A stretch of DNA of 64,000 nucleotides from Pseudothermotoga sp. (GCA_031962025.1 JAVRKW010000001.1); one strand, 5' to 3'; counted from the first letter of the stretch, positions 8,495 to 20,587 are shown. Numbers and translations are program-made. The notes: a model not told the origin generated them from the letters alone.

Positions 8495-10183
8495 TTGTGC
8501 GGTTTTTCAGAGTTACTGATGAAAGCGAAATTAGCCCCCAACAAACCAGGGGTATATATTTTCTATAACAGTGAAGGTGAGTACCTGTACATTGGAAAAG
8601 CCGTGAGACTTCGTAACAGATTGCTTTCCTACTTTAGGCAATCCACGCATAAACAGAATAAAAAGGTTGTGAATATTATTCGTGAATCATCAAACCTTGA
8701 TTTCATAGTTGTCTCCAATGAGAAGGAAGCACTTTTACTCGAAGCAAACTTGATCTTTCAGCACAAGCCAAAGTACAATGTCATGCTCAAAGATACGGAA
8801 TTTTATCCGTACATAGAAATAACACAGGAAACATATCCAACAGTCAGAATAGTGAGAAGAAGAACTCAGGAAGGCTTATATTTTGGACCGTACACCGACG
8901 TGAAATTCGTCAGAGATCTTGTTGATTTTCTTCAGCAGGTTTATCATTTTAGGACATGCCAGAGAGATTTAAAGAAAATCACCAAGCCATGTATGGATTT
9001 TTACATGCACAGGTGTGAAGGACCGTGCAATCATCAGATCAGTGAGGCTGAATACAGAGAAAAATGTATAGAACCAATCAAGAAATTTCTTTCTGGGGAT
9101 ATTTCACCGACACTTGATTTGATTGAAACCAAAATGAAGAAACATGCGCAGATGATGGATTTTGAGAATGCCGCTAAGTATAGAGACCTTCTTTTCAAGT
9201 TCGAGAAAGTCATGGGCAAGCAGGGTGTTGTGCTTGAGCAATTTAGAAACGTAGATGTTGTGGGAAGGGCAAAGAACATCTATGTACTTCTCAGAATCCG
9301 TGGTGGTCATCTTCTTGCAAAACTCGTTTACGAAATGGATTCAACAAATGTTGAGGATTTTGTTTTTAATTACTACATGGTTTATAAAAATGAGATACCG
9401 CAGGCAGTTATTTTAGAGAAAACCGTCGATCTTGGCATATCAGGATATTTCGGCAAGCCAAGGGACGATGTCGAAAAAGATCTGTTGAATAAAGCTGTGG
9501 AAAATGCAAAAAATGAACTGAGTATAAAAGGTCTGAGAAAAGACGCTTTGAACGCTTTAAAAAATCTTCTTTCTCTTTCAAAGTATCCACAGAGAATAGA
9601 AGGCTTTGACGTCGCACACTTACAGGGTAGATTCACAGTCGCATCTGTTGTGGTTTTTGTCAACGGCTTTCCTTTCAAGCAGGGTTACAGGCATTACAGA
9701 TTTCAGGATAAAAAGATCGATGATTTTGATACAATGAAAAAATTGGTTAAAAGAAGGTATCTAAAACATCCATTGCCAGACCTCATACTGGTAGATGGAG
9801 GTGTAGGACAGGTCAGAGCTGTTAAAAAAGCGCTCGAGGAAATCGGAAAGGACTGCGATGTGATAGGTATCGCCAAAGAACACGAAACGGTTTGTACCGA
9901 ACAGGGTGAACTCTTTCTAAAATTGGACAGTCCTATCCTGAGGGTACTGGTTTCTATAAGAGATGAAGCGCACAGATTTGCAAATACTTTTCACAGGAAG
10001 CTCAGGACAAAAGAATCGATTCTTTCGGTTCTGGATGAAATTCCCGGTCTGGGTCCAAAGAGAAAGAAAAAGCTCATCGAGGCATTCAAAAGCATAGACG
10101 AGTTAAAATCATCCAGTATTGAGAAAATATCTAAAATCGTCGGCAGTAAAAAACTTGCAAGTGTGATTTTGTCAAAAATATGA
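8495..10183 (+). CDS. uvrC: Excinuclease ABC subunit C
   Basis: GIY-YIG (PGVYIF..YIGKA), Cys-rich region, UVR domain (FENAAKYRD), RNase H-like domain (DGGVGQ, RDEAHRFA) and HhH. Start tentatively set at TTG 8495 after AGGAGG. Confidence 0.95.
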   Translation: MCGFSELLMKAKLAPNKPGVYIFYNSEGEYLYIGKAVRLRNRLLSYFRQSTHKQNKKVVNIIRESSNLDFIVVSNEKEALLLEANLIFQHKPKYNVMLKDTEFYPYIEITQETYPTVRIVRRRTQEGLYFGPYTDVKFVRDLVDFLQQVYHFRTCQRDLKKITKPCMDFYMHRCEGPCNHQISEAEYREKCIEPIKKFLSGDISPTLDLIETKMKKHAQMMDFENAAKYRDLLFKFEKVMGKQGVVLEQFRNVDVVGRAKNIYVLLRIRGGHLLAKLVYEMDSTNVEDFVFNYYMVYKNEIPQAVILEKTVDLGISGYFGKPRDDVEKDLLNKAVENAKNELSIKGLRKDALNALKNLLSLSKYPQRIEGFDVAHLQGRFTVASVVVFVNGFPFKQGYRHYRFQDKKIDDFDTMKKLVKRRYLKHPLPDLILVDGGVGQVRAVKKALEEIGKDCDVIGIAKEHETVCTEQGELFLKLDSPILRVLVSIRDEAHRFANTFHRKLRTKESILSVLDEIPGLGPKRKKKLIEAFKSIDELKSSSIEKISKIVGSKKLASVILSKI

Positions 10184-10192
10184 GGTGGTAAT

Positions 10193-10645
10193 ATGAGAGC
10201 AGGGCTCTATTTAATACTTTTACTTGGAGTTTTTTGCACGGCAATAGGTTTGTTGATGATTTTGGCATACGGTCTATCTGTTTACATTTCCCCGGTTTTC
10301 AGAGATGCGTTCAATTTGAACTTTCAAAGCTCAAAGTGGTTTTTCTTCATTTCACTACTCACAATTTGCTCTGGAATCTGTATCAGTTTTTACAGCCTTG
10401 CTAAAGCGAATGATGATAATCACATCGTGTTTTTGTCTTTTGCCCTTATATCGAATGGCTTTTCACTGTCTACTCAGATTTTTAGAATGGTTGTTCATGG
10501 CTTTGCATGGATGGGAGTAGAATTACTGGGCAAAACAGGGGATATAAAACCAATGCAGTATTTATCAGCAGGATTTCTCATTTTTACGCTTTTGAATTTT
10601 GTTTTATGCCTCAGCATCATCAGGGAGGAGAGATTATCCCGTTGA
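10193..10645 (+). CDS. Hypothetical membrane protein (about 4 TM)
   Basis: Hydrophobic ORF with SD GAGGTG, in line between uvrC and tmcAL. Confidence 0.7.
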   Translation: MRAGLYLILLLGVFCTAIGLLMILAYGLSVYISPVFRDAFNLNFQSSKWFFFISLLTICSGICISFYSLAKANDDNHIVFLSFALISNGFSLSTQIFRMVVHGFAWMGVELLGKTGDIKPMQYLSAGFLIFTLLNFVLCLSIIREERLSR

Positions 10646-11931
10646 AAGTACTCGGAATAATTGTGGAATACAATCCTTTTCATAATGGACATCTCTATCA
10701 CTTGAATTGTGCAAAAGAAATTGTCAAACCGGACTACACCATAGCCGTTATGAGCGGAAGTTTCTGCCAGAGGGGAGAGCCTGCGATCATAGATAAATTC
10801 TCAAGAGCACAGATTGCACTTTTGAATGGTGTAGATGTTGTTTTCGAATTGCCCTTTGTGTACGCTGTTCAGGATGCTGGAGGGTTTGCAAAAGGAGCGA
10901 TCTGGTTACTGGAAAAAACCGGAGTTGTGACAGATATCGTTTTTGGTAGTGAATCAGCTAATATCGATTTTTTGACAAAAATTGCCACAGTGATGATCGA
11001 TCAACCAGAGCCATTTCCACAACTGATGAAAGAAGAGTTGAAAAAAGGTCATTCTTTTCCAAATGCAAGAAAATACGCCCTACTCAGATATTTTGATCTG
11101 ACAAAAGAAATGGATCCTAAGGAAGTTCTGAAGATAGAAAAATCCAATGACATCTTGGGTGTTGAATACATAAGATCGTTGAAAGAACTAAAAAGTGACA
11201 TGAAGGTGCATGTGGTAAAGAGAATTGGCGCAGAGGATAAAGACATAGATTTCAGAGGCAAGTTCTCAAGTGCAACAGCCATAAGAAAGATGATAATAGA
11301 CGGTCAGTGGGACAAAGTGACTCAAGCTGTTCCAGAGACAAGTCTAAAGATAATTTCAAGGGAATTGAACGAAGGCAGAGGACCTGTAACTTTGCAACAG
11401 CTTGAACAGATATTGCTTGCAAGGATAAGACTCATGCGACGTGAAGATCTGCAAAAACTCTATGGATTCAGTGAAGGTATAGATTTAAGATTCATAGAAT
11501 GTGCTTCAAAGTTTGGTGAACTTGAACAATTTCTCAGTTGCGTGAAAGCCAAGCGATTTACAATGAGTAAGATCAGAAGGCTCTTGCTGTACAGTCTGTT
11601 TAATATTTCCCAGGAATTTTTGTCAAGATGCAATGAATCTGGTCCGCAGTATCTGAGAATACTTGGTTTTAACAGTAAAGGGAGACAACTTCTGTCCGTG
11701 ATCAAAAGAAAATCGACGATTCCAGTCTTATCGGTGTGTTCTCTTTACAGAAAAGTGCTCCAGAAGGTTTTGAAAGACAAAACCGGCAGGTTTTCTGTGG
11801 ATCCGGAACTGTTTGAAAAACAACTACTTCTGGATGTTCAATCCACATCTGTGCATTCTCTTTTGTTTGTGAATAAATCCGAAAGATCAGCCGATAGAGA
11901 TTTTCATATACCACCAGTGATAGTAAACTAA
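10642..11931 (+). CDS. tmcAL: HIGH-motif nucleotidyltransferase, tRNA(Met) cytidine acetate ligase family (TmcAL/YlbM)
   Basis: GIIVEYNPFHNGH, MSGSFCQRGEP, FGSES, SNDILGVEY, SATAIR and YLRILGF motifs. TTG start overlaps the upstream stop (TTGA). Confidence 0.88.
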   Translation: MKVLGIIVEYNPFHNGHLYHLNCAKEIVKPDYTIAVMSGSFCQRGEPAIIDKFSRAQIALLNGVDVVFELPFVYAVQDAGGFAKGAIWLLEKTGVVTDIVFGSESANIDFLTKIATVMIDQPEPFPQLMKEELKKGHSFPNARKYALLRYFDLTKEMDPKEVLKIEKSNDILGVEYIRSLKELKSDMKVHVVKRIGAEDKDIDFRGKFSSATAIRKMIIDGQWDKVTQAVPETSLKIISRELNEGRGPVTLQQLEQILLARIRLMRREDLQKLYGFSEGIDLRFIECASKFGELEQFLSCVKAKRFTMSKIRRLLLYSLFNISQEFLSRCNESGPQYLRILGFNSKGRQLLSVIKRKSTIPVLSVCSLYRKVLQKVLKDKTGRFSVDPELFEKQLLLDVQSTSVHSLLFVNKSERSADRDFHIPPVIVN

Positions 11932-12092
11932 AAACACTCTGAGTTCAAAAAGATATCATAAGGCGAAAGCACATTTTGATGTTGACGCAACTTATCTATT
12001 TTGAAAATCGAAATGATAATTTCAATTCATTGTTGCGAGAATAGTTAAAACTGGTAGTATAATGAATCTTGTCGAGTTTTTTTAATTGCAGG

Positions 12093-12121
12093 TTGACAAA
12101 ATACTGTTTGTGTAATACAAT
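12093..12121 (+). promoter_or_regulatory. Strong sigma70-type promoter of the ribosomal superoperon
   Basis: TTGACA-N17-TACAAT, ending 34 nt before the rpsL ATG. Confidence 0.85.
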
Positions 12122-12155
12122 CGGCATTTGGTATGGTGCTGAAGGGAGGATACAG

Positions 12156-12530
12156 ATGCCGACCATAAATCAATTGATCAGACTTGGAAGAGGGCAGAAA
12201 ATTGAAAAGTCTAAGGCGCCTGCTCTGGAAGGCAATCCACAGAAACGCGGTGTGTGTATTCGTGTGACAACCATGACACCAAAAAAGCCAAACTCTGCTT
12301 TGAGAAAAATTGCAAGGGTTAGATTGTCAAATGGTACCGAAGTCACAGCGTACATACCAGGTATAGGGCACAATTTGCAGGAACATTCCGTTGTGCTCGT
12401 CAGGGGCGGAAGGGTCAAGGACCTGCCAGGTATAAGATACAAGATTATACGCGGTACTCTTGACACTGCCGGTGTAGAAAACAGAAAACAATCTCGCAGC
12501 AAATACGGAGCAAAAAGATCCAAAAAGTAG
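12156..12530 (+). CDS. rpsL: 30S ribosomal protein S12
   Basis: [17 protein letters not shown] and RVKDLPG; ATG 12156 follows SD GGAGG. Confidence 0.99.
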   Translation: MPTINQLIRLGRGQKIEKSKAPALEGNPQKRGVCIRVTTMTPKKPNSALRKIARVRLSNGTEVTAYIPGIGHNLQEHSVVLVRGGRVKDLPGIRYKIIRGTLDTAGVENRKQSRSKYGAKRSKK

Positions 12531-12548
12531 TTTTAGGAGGATGGTTAT

Positions 12549-13016
12549 ATGAGAAGAAGAAGAGCAGAGGTAAGAGAGATATCCCCAGACCCTGTTTATC
12601 AGGATGTATTGGTGGCAAAGTTGATAAATAAAGTCATGTGGGATGGTAAAAAGTCAGTGGCACAGAAGGTTGTCTACCAGGCTCTTGAATATGTGAAAGA
12701 AAAATCTGGTAAGGATCCATTGGAAGTTTTCCAGAAAGCCGTGGACAATGTAAGACCCGTTTTGGAAGTCAGACCAAGACGTGTTGGAGGAGCCACATAT
12801 CAGGTTCCAGTCGAAGTTCAGGAACCGAGAAAAACTTCGCTGGCTCTGAGGTGGATTGTAACAGCCGCGCGTTCCAAAAAAGGCAAACCCATGTCCATAA
12901 AACTTGGTGAGGAAATCCTTGCTTCTTATCAAGGCACCGGTGCAGCGGTAAAGAAAAAAGAAGATGTCCACAAGATGGCGGAGGCGAACAGGGCATTTGC
13001 CCATCTAAAGTGGTGA
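12549..13016 (+). CDS. rpsG: 30S ribosomal protein S7
   Basis: [11 protein letters not shown] and [12 protein letters not shown]. Confidence 0.99.
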   Translation: MRRRRAEVREISPDPVYQDVLVAKLINKVMWDGKKSVAQKVVYQALEYVKEKSGKDPLEVFQKAVDNVRPVLEVRPRRVGGATYQVPVEVQEPRKTSLALRWIVTAARSKKGKPMSIKLGEEILASYQGTGAAVKKKEDVHKMAEANRAFAHLKW

Positions 13017-13027
13017 AAGGTAAGATC

Positions 13028-15112
13028 ATGATGGAGGTTGAAGCGCTTTACGTTCCACTTGATAAGTTACGCAACATCGGAATAATGGCTCACATAGACG
13101 CCGGTAAGACGACAACAACTGAGCGTATACTGTACTATACCGGTCGTAAACATGTGCTCGGAAGTGTTGATGAAGGCACAGCAACTATGGACTGGATGGA
13201 GCAGGAAAAAGAGCGAGGCATAACCATAACAGCCGCAGCTACTACGTGTTTTTGGAAGGAACATCGTATTAATATAATAGATACGCCCGGCCATGTGGAT
13301 TTTACAATAGAGGTTGAAAGGGCTCTAAGAGTGCTGGATGGTGCGGTGGCAATTTTCGATGCAACGGCTGGTGTTGAACCGCAGACAGAAACAGTCTGGA
13401 GGCAAGCTCAGAAGTACGGTGTCCCAAGAATTGCCTTTATGAACAAGATGGACAAAACTGGTGCTGATTTTTTCATGGCAGTAAAAACCATGGTTGATAG
13501 ACTTCATGCAAGACCGGTTGTTATTCAAATTCCTATTGGTGTTGAAAAAGACTTCATCGGTGTAGTGGACTTAGTGGAAATGAAAGCAATAACATGGGTT
13601 AGCGAAGATGGTAGTGAATTCGTAAAATCTGAGATTCCAGAAGATTTGCTTGATTTAGCCGAAGAAATGCGTGAAGAAATGATATCACTGCTTGCCGATG
13701 AAGACGAAGAACTCATGGAACTTTACTTAGAAGAAAAAGAAATACCCGTTGAGAAAATCAAAAGTGCCCTCAGAAAGGCGACCATAACCAATAAACTGGT
13801 CCCGGTTCTTTGCGGAGCATCGGCGAGAAACAAGGGAGTACAACCTTTGTTAGACGCCATTGTTGATTATTTACCATCACCCCTGGATATACCGCCTGTC
13901 AAGGGATTGAATTTAAACGATGAACAGGTCGAGATTTTCCCTTCAATTGAGGGAGACTTTGCAGCACTTGCTTTCAAGATACAAACTGATCCTTACGTTG
14001 GTAAACTCACATATGTAAGAGTTTATTCCGGCAAATTGGAAAAAGGTACCTATATCTATAATTCCACAAAAAAGATACGTGAACGTGTGGCTCGCCTCAT
14101 GTTCATGCACGCCGATAAAAGAGAAGATGTTGATTATGCAAGAGCCGGTGATATAGTAGCTCTGATAGGTTTGAGAAATACGACGACTGGTGATACACTC
14201 TGCTCACCGGAGAATCCAATCTTGCTTGAAAAAATAGATTTTCCAGACCCGGTCATTTCAATTGCAATAGAACCAGTTACTCATGACGATGAAGAAAAAA
14301 TGGTAAAAGCCGTTAATGCTCTATCTGAGGAAGATCCAACTTTGAGGGTAACCGTTGACAAAGAAACCGGTCAGGTTGTACTGTCTGGAATGGGAGAACT
14401 TCACCTTGAGATCATTACAGACCGCCTTAAAAGAGAATTTGGCGTGAATGTCAGGATAGGCAGACCACAGGTGGCATATCGAGAAACCATAAGGCAGTCG
14501 GCAGAAGCAGAAGGCAAGTACATCCGACAGACCGGTGGAAGAGGTCAATATGGTCATGTTATAATGAGATTTGAGCCATTGCCCTTAGATGGTGAGAAGC
14601 ACTTTGAGTTTATAAACAAAACAGTTGGAGGTGTAATACCAAAGGAATATATCCCTGCAATCGAAGAGGGCATCAAGGAATCTATGGAGATGGGTGTTCT
14701 GGCAGGATATCCCATGATTGGTATCAGGGCGATATTGCTCGATGGCTCATACCATGAAGTTGATTCATCGGAAATAGCCTTCAAAATAGCCGCAAGTCTT
14801 GCGTTTAAAAATGCGATTAAAGCCTGCCAGCCAGTTTTATTAGAGCCCATCATGAGATTAGAGATTATTACACCCGAGGAATATGTCGGTGGAATAATAG
14901 CCGATTTAAACGCACGCAGGGCTCAGGTTGAGTCGCTTGAAAGCCGTGCAAATCTCAGAGTATTGAGGGCTTTTGTACCACTTTCTGAGCTTTTTGGTTA
15001 TGCAACGACGCTGAGGTCTTTGAGTCAAGGTAGAGCAAACCATATAGCGCAATTTTCTCATTACAAAGAGGTACCAGATAGAGTCATCGAAAAAGTGCTA
15101 AAAGCGGTTTAG
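13028..15112 (+). CDS. fusA: Elongation factor G
   Basis: [34 protein letters not shown] and GGRGQYGH. Confidence 0.99.
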   Translation: MMEVEALYVPLDKLRNIGIMAHIDAGKTTTTERILYYTGRKHVLGSVDEGTATMDWMEQEKERGITITAAATTCFWKEHRINIIDTPGHVDFTIEVERALRVLDGAVAIFDATAGVEPQTETVWRQAQKYGVPRIAFMNKMDKTGADFFMAVKTMVDRLHARPVVIQIPIGVEKDFIGVVDLVEMKAITWVSEDGSEFVKSEIPEDLLDLAEEMREEMISLLADEDEELMELYLEEKEIPVEKIKSALRKATITNKLVPVLCGASARNKGVQPLLDAIVDYLPSPLDIPPVKGLNLNDEQVEIFPSIEGDFAALAFKIQTDPYVGKLTYVRVYSGKLEKGTYIYNSTKKIRERVARLMFMHADKREDVDYARAGDIVALIGLRNTTTGDTLCSPENPILLEKIDFPDPVISIAIEPVTHDDEEKMVKAVNALSEEDPTLRVTVDKETGQVVLSGMGELHLEIITDRLKREFGVNVRIGRPQVAYRETIRQSAEAEGKYIRQTGGRGQYGHVIMRFEPLPLDGEKHFEFINKTVGGVIPKEYIPAIEEGIKESMEMGVLAGYPMIGIRAILLDGSYHEVDSSEIAFKIAASLAFKNAIKACQPVLLEPIMRLEIITPEEYVGGIIADLNARRAQVESLESRANLRVLRAFVPLSELFGYATTLRSLSQGRANHIAQFSHYKEVPDRVIEKVLKAV

Positions 15113-15132
15113 GTGTGAAGGAGGGAGAATGA

Positions 15133-16332
15133 ATGGCTAAGGAAAAGTTTGTGAGGACAAAGCCACATGTCAACGTCGGTACAATTGGGCACATAGACCA
15201 CGGTAAAACCACGCTGACAGCGGCAATAACAAAGTACCTTTCTTTCAAAAACCTTGCTTCGTATGTTCCATACGATCAAATTGATAAGGCTCCTGAAGAA
15301 AAAGCCAGAGGTATCACGATCAACATCACACACGTGGAATATCAAACAGAGAAAAGGCACTATGCACACATTGACTGTCCAGGACATGCAGACTACATAA
15401 AAAACATGATCACAGGTGCAGCTCAAATGGATGGAGCTATTCTCGTTGTTGCGGCAACAGATGGACCAATGCCCCAGACGCGTGAGCACGTCCTGCTTGC
15501 AAGACAGGTTAATGTTCCAGCGATGGTTGTTTTCCTGAACAAAGTTGATGCGGTTGACGATAAAGAACTCGTTGACCTTGTTGAAATGGAAGTCAGAGAT
15601 CTTCTGACAAAATACGAATTTCCAGGTGACGAGGTTCCTGTAATAAGAGGTTCTGCTTTGCTTGCCATGGAAGCAAAAGATCCGAACGATCCAGCTTACA
15701 AACCTATTCAGGAATTACTCGATGCGCTTGATAACTATATACCAGAGCCAACTCGTGAGGTTGACAAACCCTTCCTCATGGCTGTCGAGGATATCTTTTC
15801 CATCACTGGAAGAGGAACTGTGGCAACGGGAAGAATCGAGCGCGGAAGAATTAGACCAGGTGACGAAGTTGAAATCGTTGGGTTGAGCTACGAGATCAAG
15901 AAAACAGTTGTCACAAGTGTTGAAATGTTCAGAAAGGAACTCGATGAGGGTATAGCAGGTGACAATGTTGGTTGTCTATTGAGAGGTATTGACAAAGATG
16001 AAGTCGAGCGCGGTCAGGTTCTTGCAGCACCAGGCTCTATTACGCCACACACTACATTCAAAGCCAATGTTTACGTCTTGAAAAAAGAAGAAGGCGGAAG
16101 ACATACACCATTTATGAAAGGTTACAGACCACAATTTTTCATTCGAACTGCCGATGTTACTGGTGAGATCGTCGAACTTGGTAACAACGCAGAAATGGTT
16201 ATGCCCGGAGATAACGCCATACTCACGATAAAGCTCATATACCCGATCGCAATTGAAAAAGGTATGCGTTTTGCTATAAGAGAAGGTGGAAAGACAGTTG
16301 GAGCAGGTGTTGTAGCCGAGATCATAGAGTAA
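15133..16332 (+). CDS. tuf: Elongation factor Tu
   Basis: [21 protein letters not shown] and [13 protein letters not shown]. Confidence 0.99.
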   Translation: MAKEKFVRTKPHVNVGTIGHIDHGKTTLTAAITKYLSFKNLASYVPYDQIDKAPEEKARGITINITHVEYQTEKRHYAHIDCPGHADYIKNMITGAAQMDGAILVVAATDGPMPQTREHVLLARQVNVPAMVVFLNKVDAVDDKELVDLVEMEVRDLLTKYEFPGDEVPVIRGSALLAMEAKDPNDPAYKPIQELLDALDNYIPEPTREVDKPFLMAVEDIFSITGRGTVATGRIERGRIRPGDEVEIVGLSYEIKKTVVTSVEMFRKELDEGIAGDNVGCLLRGIDKDEVERGQVLAAPGSITPHTTFKANVYVLKKEEGGRHTPFMKGYRPQFFIRTADVTGEIVELGNNAEMVMPGDNAILTIKLIYPIAIEKGMRFAIREGGKTVGAGVVAEIIE

Positions 16333-16340
16333 CCTTGGTT

Positions 16341-16368
16341 GGGGAGCACTGCTCCCCTTCCGTTTTCT
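16341..16368 (+). terminator. GC-rich hairpin between tuf and rpsJ (partial terminator or mRNA stabiliser)
   Basis: GGGGAGC-ACT-GCTCCCC followed by an interrupted U tract, TTCCGTTTTCT. Confidence 0.55.
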
Positions 16369-16392
16369 GCTAAGAAGGAGGGAACGAAATTT

Positions 16393-16701
16393 ATGCCTGG
16401 ACAGAAAATCAGAATAAAACTTAAAGCTTACGACCACGAAGTTCTTGACGAATCAGCAAAGAAGATAGTTGAAGTTGCAAAGTCTACCAACGCCAAAATT
16501 TCAGGTCCGATACCATTGCCAACGGAGAGATCTTTGTACGTGGTCTTGAGATCACCACACAAACACAAGGACTCAAGAGAACAGTTTGAAAAAAGAGTTC
16601 ACAAGAGATTGATAGATATAATTGAACCATCTCCGAAAACAATCGACGCCTTGATGAAGATAAACCTCCCAGCAGGGGTCGACGTGGAGATCAAACTCTA
16701 A
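16393..16701 (+). CDS. rpsJ: 30S ribosomal protein S10
   Basis: [10 protein letters not shown] and SREQFE; ATG 16393. Confidence 0.99.
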   Translation: MPGQKIRIKLKAYDHEVLDESAKKIVEVAKSTNAKISGPIPLPTERSLYVVLRSPHKHKDSREQFEKRVHKRLIDIIEPSPKTIDALMKINLPAGVDVEIKL

Positions 16702-16720
16702 TCGTCGGAGGTGCATTGCG

Positions 16721-17353
16721 ATGAAAATGTTGCTTGGAAAAAAACTGGGAATGACCCGGTTATTTAAACAGGACGCAGTCGTGCCTGTTACGGTTATTCA
16801 GGCAGGACCGTGTTATGTTGTTCAGAAAAAAACGCCACAGGTTGATGGGTACTGTGCAGTCCAGCTTGGCTTTTGCGATGCCAAGAAATTGAATAAACCA
16901 CTCCAGGGACATTTCAAAAAAGCACAGGTTAAACCTCTCAGGTTTCTCAGGGAAATGAGAATAGAAGATGAAAAGGAACTATCGTCGTATGAAATCGGTC
17001 AGCAGATAAAAGTAGATGTGTTTCAGGTTGGCGAGAAAGTAGATGTGATAGGCTGGACAAAGGGTAGAGGATTCTCTGGTGCAATAAAGCGCTGGGGATT
17101 CTCAGGCGGTCCACGTGCACACGGTTCAAAATTTCACAGGGAACTTGGTTCCTTGGGTCAGCACACAGAACCAGCGAAAATTTTCAAAGGTAAGAAAATG
17201 CCAGGAAGATACGGTAATGAGCGTGTTACCATACACAACCTCGAAGTCATCAAACTGGATGTTGAAAATAACCTGATAGCGCTCAAAGGTTCAGTCCCAG
17301 GAGCGAGGGGGAGCCTGGTACTCATCAGAAGTCCCAGGAAAACCCGAAAATGA
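16721..17353 (+). CDS. rplC: 50S ribosomal protein L3
   Basis: GKKLGMT and GKKMPG; position in the S10 operon. Confidence 0.98.
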   Translation: MKMLLGKKLGMTRLFKQDAVVPVTVIQAGPCYVVQKKTPQVDGYCAVQLGFCDAKKLNKPLQGHFKKAQVKPLRFLREMRIEDEKELSSYEIGQQIKVDVFQVGEKVDVIGWTKGRGFSGAIKRWGFSGGPRAHGSKFHRELGSLGQHTEPAKIFKGKKMPGRYGNERVTIHNLEVIKLDVENNLIALKGSVPGARGSLVLIRSPRKTRK

Positions 17354-17373
17354 ACCACAAGGAGGAATAGAAA

Positions 17374-18054
17374 ATGGCTCTTGTAGACCTTTACAACATG
17401 AAGGGTCAGAAGATTGGAACTCAGGAATTGAAAGATGAGGTTTTCAACATTGAACCCAACCTCGATGTCATGTGGAGGTATGTTGATTACCAGCTTTCTT
17501 GTAGAAGAGCGGGAACTGCCTCGACAAAAACTCGCGCGGAAGTGAGTGGTGGAGGCAGAAAGCCATGGCCACAAAAACACACAGGACGCGCAAGACATGG
17601 ATCGATAAGATCACCTATCTGGAGACACGGTGGTGTTGCTCATGGACCACAGCCCAGAAGCTGGGCAAAACGCTTGCCGAAAAAGATGCGCAAGCTCGCA
17701 CTCAAATCTGCTCTATCCCAAAGATTCAGAGAAGGTAATCTCATAGTGCTGGACGATATAAAATTCGATACGCCGAAAGCCAAAAATATGAGGCAGCTTC
17801 TTGAGAATCTGCAATTGAAAGACAGTAAAGTGTTATTTGTATTACCCTGGAAGAGACCCGAGTATGAGTATGTAAGGTTATCCTGCCGCAACATATCTGG
17901 TTTGAAGGCAATCATTGCTGATAATCCTGGAGCGACGCGTGAAGACGAGAACGCCGTAAGAATAGACGGATTGAATGTCTATGACATAATTAACCACGAA
18001 AAAATAGTTTTGACTCGTGACACCGTTGCGAAAATCGAGGAGGTGCTGGGATGA
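17374..18054 (+). CDS. rplD: 50S ribosomal protein L4
   Basis: [15 protein letters not shown]. Confidence 0.98.
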   Translation: MALVDLYNMKGQKIGTQELKDEVFNIEPNLDVMWRYVDYQLSCRRAGTASTKTRAEVSGGGRKPWPQKHTGRARHGSIRSPIWRHGGVAHGPQPRSWAKRLPKKMRKLALKSALSQRFREGNLIVLDDIKFDTPKAKNMRQLLENLQLKDSKVLFVLPWKRPEYEYVRLSCRNISGLKAIIADNPGATREDENAVRIDGLNVYDIINHEKIVLTRDTVAKIEEVLG

Positions 18055-18353
18055 ACCAGCAAAAACTCACACCTTACGATATATTGACAAGACCCATTTT
18101 AACCGAAAAAACAACGCTTGCTAAGGAAAATAGGAAATATGCCTTCGAGGTCAACCCTTTGGCGAACAAAACTCTTGTTAAAAATGCCGTTGAAACATTG
18201 TTCAAAGTTAAGGTAAACAAAGTGAATATCTCTGTTGTTAAACCCAAACCCAAGAGAAGAGGCAGATTCGAGGGTAAAACAAGAAGCTGGAAGAAAGCCG
18301 TCGTTACTTTAAAAGAAGGCTATGCAATCAAAGAACTCGAAGGCCAGCAGTGA
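18051..18353 (+). CDS. rplW: 50S ribosomal protein L23
   Basis: PILTEK and WKKAVVTL. Confidence 0.98.
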   Translation: MNQQKLTPYDILTRPILTEKTTLAKENRKYAFEVNPLANKTLVKNAVETLFKVKVNKVNISVVKPKPKRRGRFEGKTRSWKKAVVTLKEGYAIKELEGQQ

Positions 18354-18368
18354 AAGAGGTGAAAGATC

Positions 18369-19196
18369 ATGGGCTTGAAAAAGTATAAACCAACATCACC
18401 AGCTATTCGTTTCATGCTTACACCCGATTTTTCTGAGATAACGAAAAGTGAACCAGAGAAATCACTGCTCGTGCCTCTAAAAAAGACCGGTGGGCGAAAT
18501 CATTACGGGAGAATTACCGTCAGATTTAGAGGCGGTGGACACAAAAGAAGGTATCGCCTTATAGATTTCAAAAGAGATAAGATTGGAGTACCAGCTAAGG
18601 TCATGTCAATCGAGTACGATCCAAACAGATCGGCAAGAATCGCATTGCTTCTTTACGCAGATGGAGAAAAACGATATATCTTGGCACCAAACAACCTGCA
18701 GGTTGGTGACACTTTGATGAGTGGGCCAGATGCTGAAATCAAAGCAGGTAATGCTTTACCACTTGAGAAAATACCACTTGGCACGATGATCCACAATGTT
18801 GAAATCAGACCGGGTTCGGGTGGTAAAATAGCAAGGTCTGCTGGTGTTTCATGTCAATTGATGGCAAAGGAAGGAAATTACGCGTTGCTCAAAATGCCTT
18901 CGGGTGAATTGAGAAAAATACACATAAAGTGTTATGCAACAATTGGTATTGTGAGCAATGAAGATCACAAGAACGAGATCTCGGGTAAGGCAGGTAGAAC
19001 ACGCTGGCTCGGCAGAAGACCACATGTTCGTGCAATGGTGATGAACCCAGTTGATCATCCTATGGGTGGTGGTGAGGGAAGAGGAAAAGGACAGCACCCC
19101 GTCACACCTTGGGGAATGCCAACCAAGGGATACAAGACAAGACGTGGTCGAAGACCTTCCGACAGATTCATTGTAAGAAGACGCAACCAGGGATGA
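18369..19196 (+). CDS. rplB: 50S ribosomal protein L2
   Basis: EYDPNRSA and [13 protein letters not shown]. Confidence 0.99.
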   Translation: MGLKKYKPTSPAIRFMLTPDFSEITKSEPEKSLLVPLKKTGGRNHYGRITVRFRGGGHKRRYRLIDFKRDKIGVPAKVMSIEYDPNRSARIALLLYADGEKRYILAPNNLQVGDTLMSGPDAEIKAGNALPLEKIPLGTMIHNVEIRPGSGGKIARSAGVSCQLMAKEGNYALLKMPSGELRKIHIKCYATIGIVSNEDHKNEISGKAGRTRWLGRRPHVRAMVMNPVDHPMGGGEGRGKGQHPVTPWGMPTKGYKTRRGRRPSDRFIVRRRNQG

Positions 19197-19209
19197 GGAG
19201 GTGTGATGA

Positions 19210-19497
19210 ATGGCACGTTCTCAGAAAAAAGGACCTTATGTTGATATCAAACTCTTGAAGAAGATCAGAATGCTCAACGAAAGCGGAGAAAAGAAAATCA
19301 TAAAAACCTGGAGCAGATCATCGACAATTGTACCCGAGATGGTTGGTCATACCATAGCAGTTCACAATGGTTTGAAACACGTTCCAGTTTATATAACTGA
19401 AAACATGGTTGGGCATAGACTTGGTGAATTCGCACCTACCAGAAGATTTGGTGGTCATGCAGAGAAAAAAGCTGCTACAAAGGGCCAGGTGAAATGA
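19210..19497 (+). CDS. rpsS: 30S ribosomal protein S19
   Basis: KTWSRSS and [12 protein letters not shown]. Confidence 0.99.
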   Translation: MARSQKKGPYVDIKLLKKIRMLNESGEKKIIKTWSRSSTIVPEMVGHTIAVHNGLKHVPVYITENMVGHRLGEFAPTRRFGGHAEKKAATKGQVK

Positions 19498-19510
19498 GGA
19501 GGGAACAGCG

Positions 19511-19927
19511 ATGAGCGCAGAAAGCAGTACGAAGAGGCCCAAGAGATCGGTTCAGCACAGAAATGCTTCAGAGAGTAAAACCACTGAAGTTAGAGCAGTC
19601 GGTCGTTACTTGAGATCTTCCCCAAGAAAGATAAGGGCTGTGATAAACGCAATTCGTGGTAAAGATGTCGCCGAAGCTTTTCAGATACTTGAGATGTCAC
19701 CAACAAAGGCTGCAAGGCTTGTCGAGAAAGTTCTGAAATCTGCTGTGGCTAATGCTGAAAATAACGCAAAACTCAGCAGTGATACATTGTATGTTTCTTA
19801 CTGCGTTGCTGATGATGGACCCCGTTTGAAGAGAGTTTGGCCGCGTGGTCGAGGAAGAGCTGATATGATTCAAAGACGAATGTGCCACATTACCGTAGCG
19901 GTGAAAACTAAAGAAGCGAAAGCTTAG
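19511..19927 (+). CDS. rplV: 50S ribosomal protein L22 with N-terminal extension
   Basis: SPRK, SAVANA and PRGRGRA. Confidence 0.98.
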   Translation: MSAESSTKRPKRSVQHRNASESKTTEVRAVGRYLRSSPRKIRAVINAIRGKDVAEAFQILEMSPTKAARLVEKVLKSAVANAENNAKLSSDTLYVSYCVADDGPRLKRVWPRGRGRADMIQRRMCHITVAVKTKEAKA

Positions 19928-19939
19928 AGAGGTGATACG

Positions 19940-20569
19940 GTGGGTCAGAAAGTACATCCCAGAGGGTTTAGACTTGGTGTCGGTGCCGATTGGCAGGCAA
20001 GATGGTTCAATGAAAAAAATTATGGTTCATGGCTGAAGGAAGACGAACAGATCAGAAAAATGGTTAAGGCTATCTACAATCAAGCTGGTATCAGCGAGAT
20101 TTTCATAGAAAGGCCCGATAATGAGAGCGTCACAGTTACGATCAAAACAGCAAGACCTGGAGTAATAATAGGCAAAAAAGGTGCAGAGATAGGTAAACTC
20201 AGAGAAGATCTTGAAAAGAGCTTGAATAGGCGTGTCATTGTCAATGTAGAAGAAATAAAAACGCCCGAGACTGATGCACAATTGGTTGCAGAAAACATTG
20301 CAAGCAGGATAGAAAAGAGGGCTTCGTACAAAAGAGCAATGAAACGCGCACTGTCTGATGCCTTCAGAAAAGGTGCAATTGGCATGAAAGTAATGGTTTC
20401 AGGTAGACTTGCTGGTGCAGAAATAGCAAGACGCGAATGGTATTTGAGTGGTAGATTACCGCTTCAAACGGTTAAGGCTGTTATTGATTATGGTGTGGCT
20501 ACTGCAAAGACAAAGTACGGAACAATAGGAATAAAGGTATGGATATACAAAGGAGATGCTCAGATTTAG
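19940..20569 (+). CDS. rpsC: 30S ribosomal protein S3
   Basis: MGQKVHP and GTIGIKVWI. Confidence 0.99.
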   Translation: MGQKVHPRGFRLGVGADWQARWFNEKNYGSWLKEDEQIRKMVKAIYNQAGISEIFIERPDNESVTVTIKTARPGVIIGKKGAEIGKLREDLEKSLNRRVIVNVEEIKTPETDAQLVAENIASRIEKRASYKRAMKRALSDAFRKGAIGMKVMVSGRLAGAEIARREWYLSGRLPLQTVKAVIDYGVATAKTKYGTIGIKVWIYKGDAQI

Positions 20570-20587
20570 TACAGGGAGGTTTTTGAA

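Noticed and set aside
10507..10641. Long N-terminal extensions in the ORF track (also at 3626, 12069, 22900, 23354 and 42976)
   Set aside because: Artefacts of longest-ORF calling. SD-supported downstream starts match the family N-termini.
12012..12031. AATGATAAT...TCATT Fur-box-like word upstream of rpsL
   Set aside because: Poor symmetry in an AT-rich tract, and no iron-related downstream gene.
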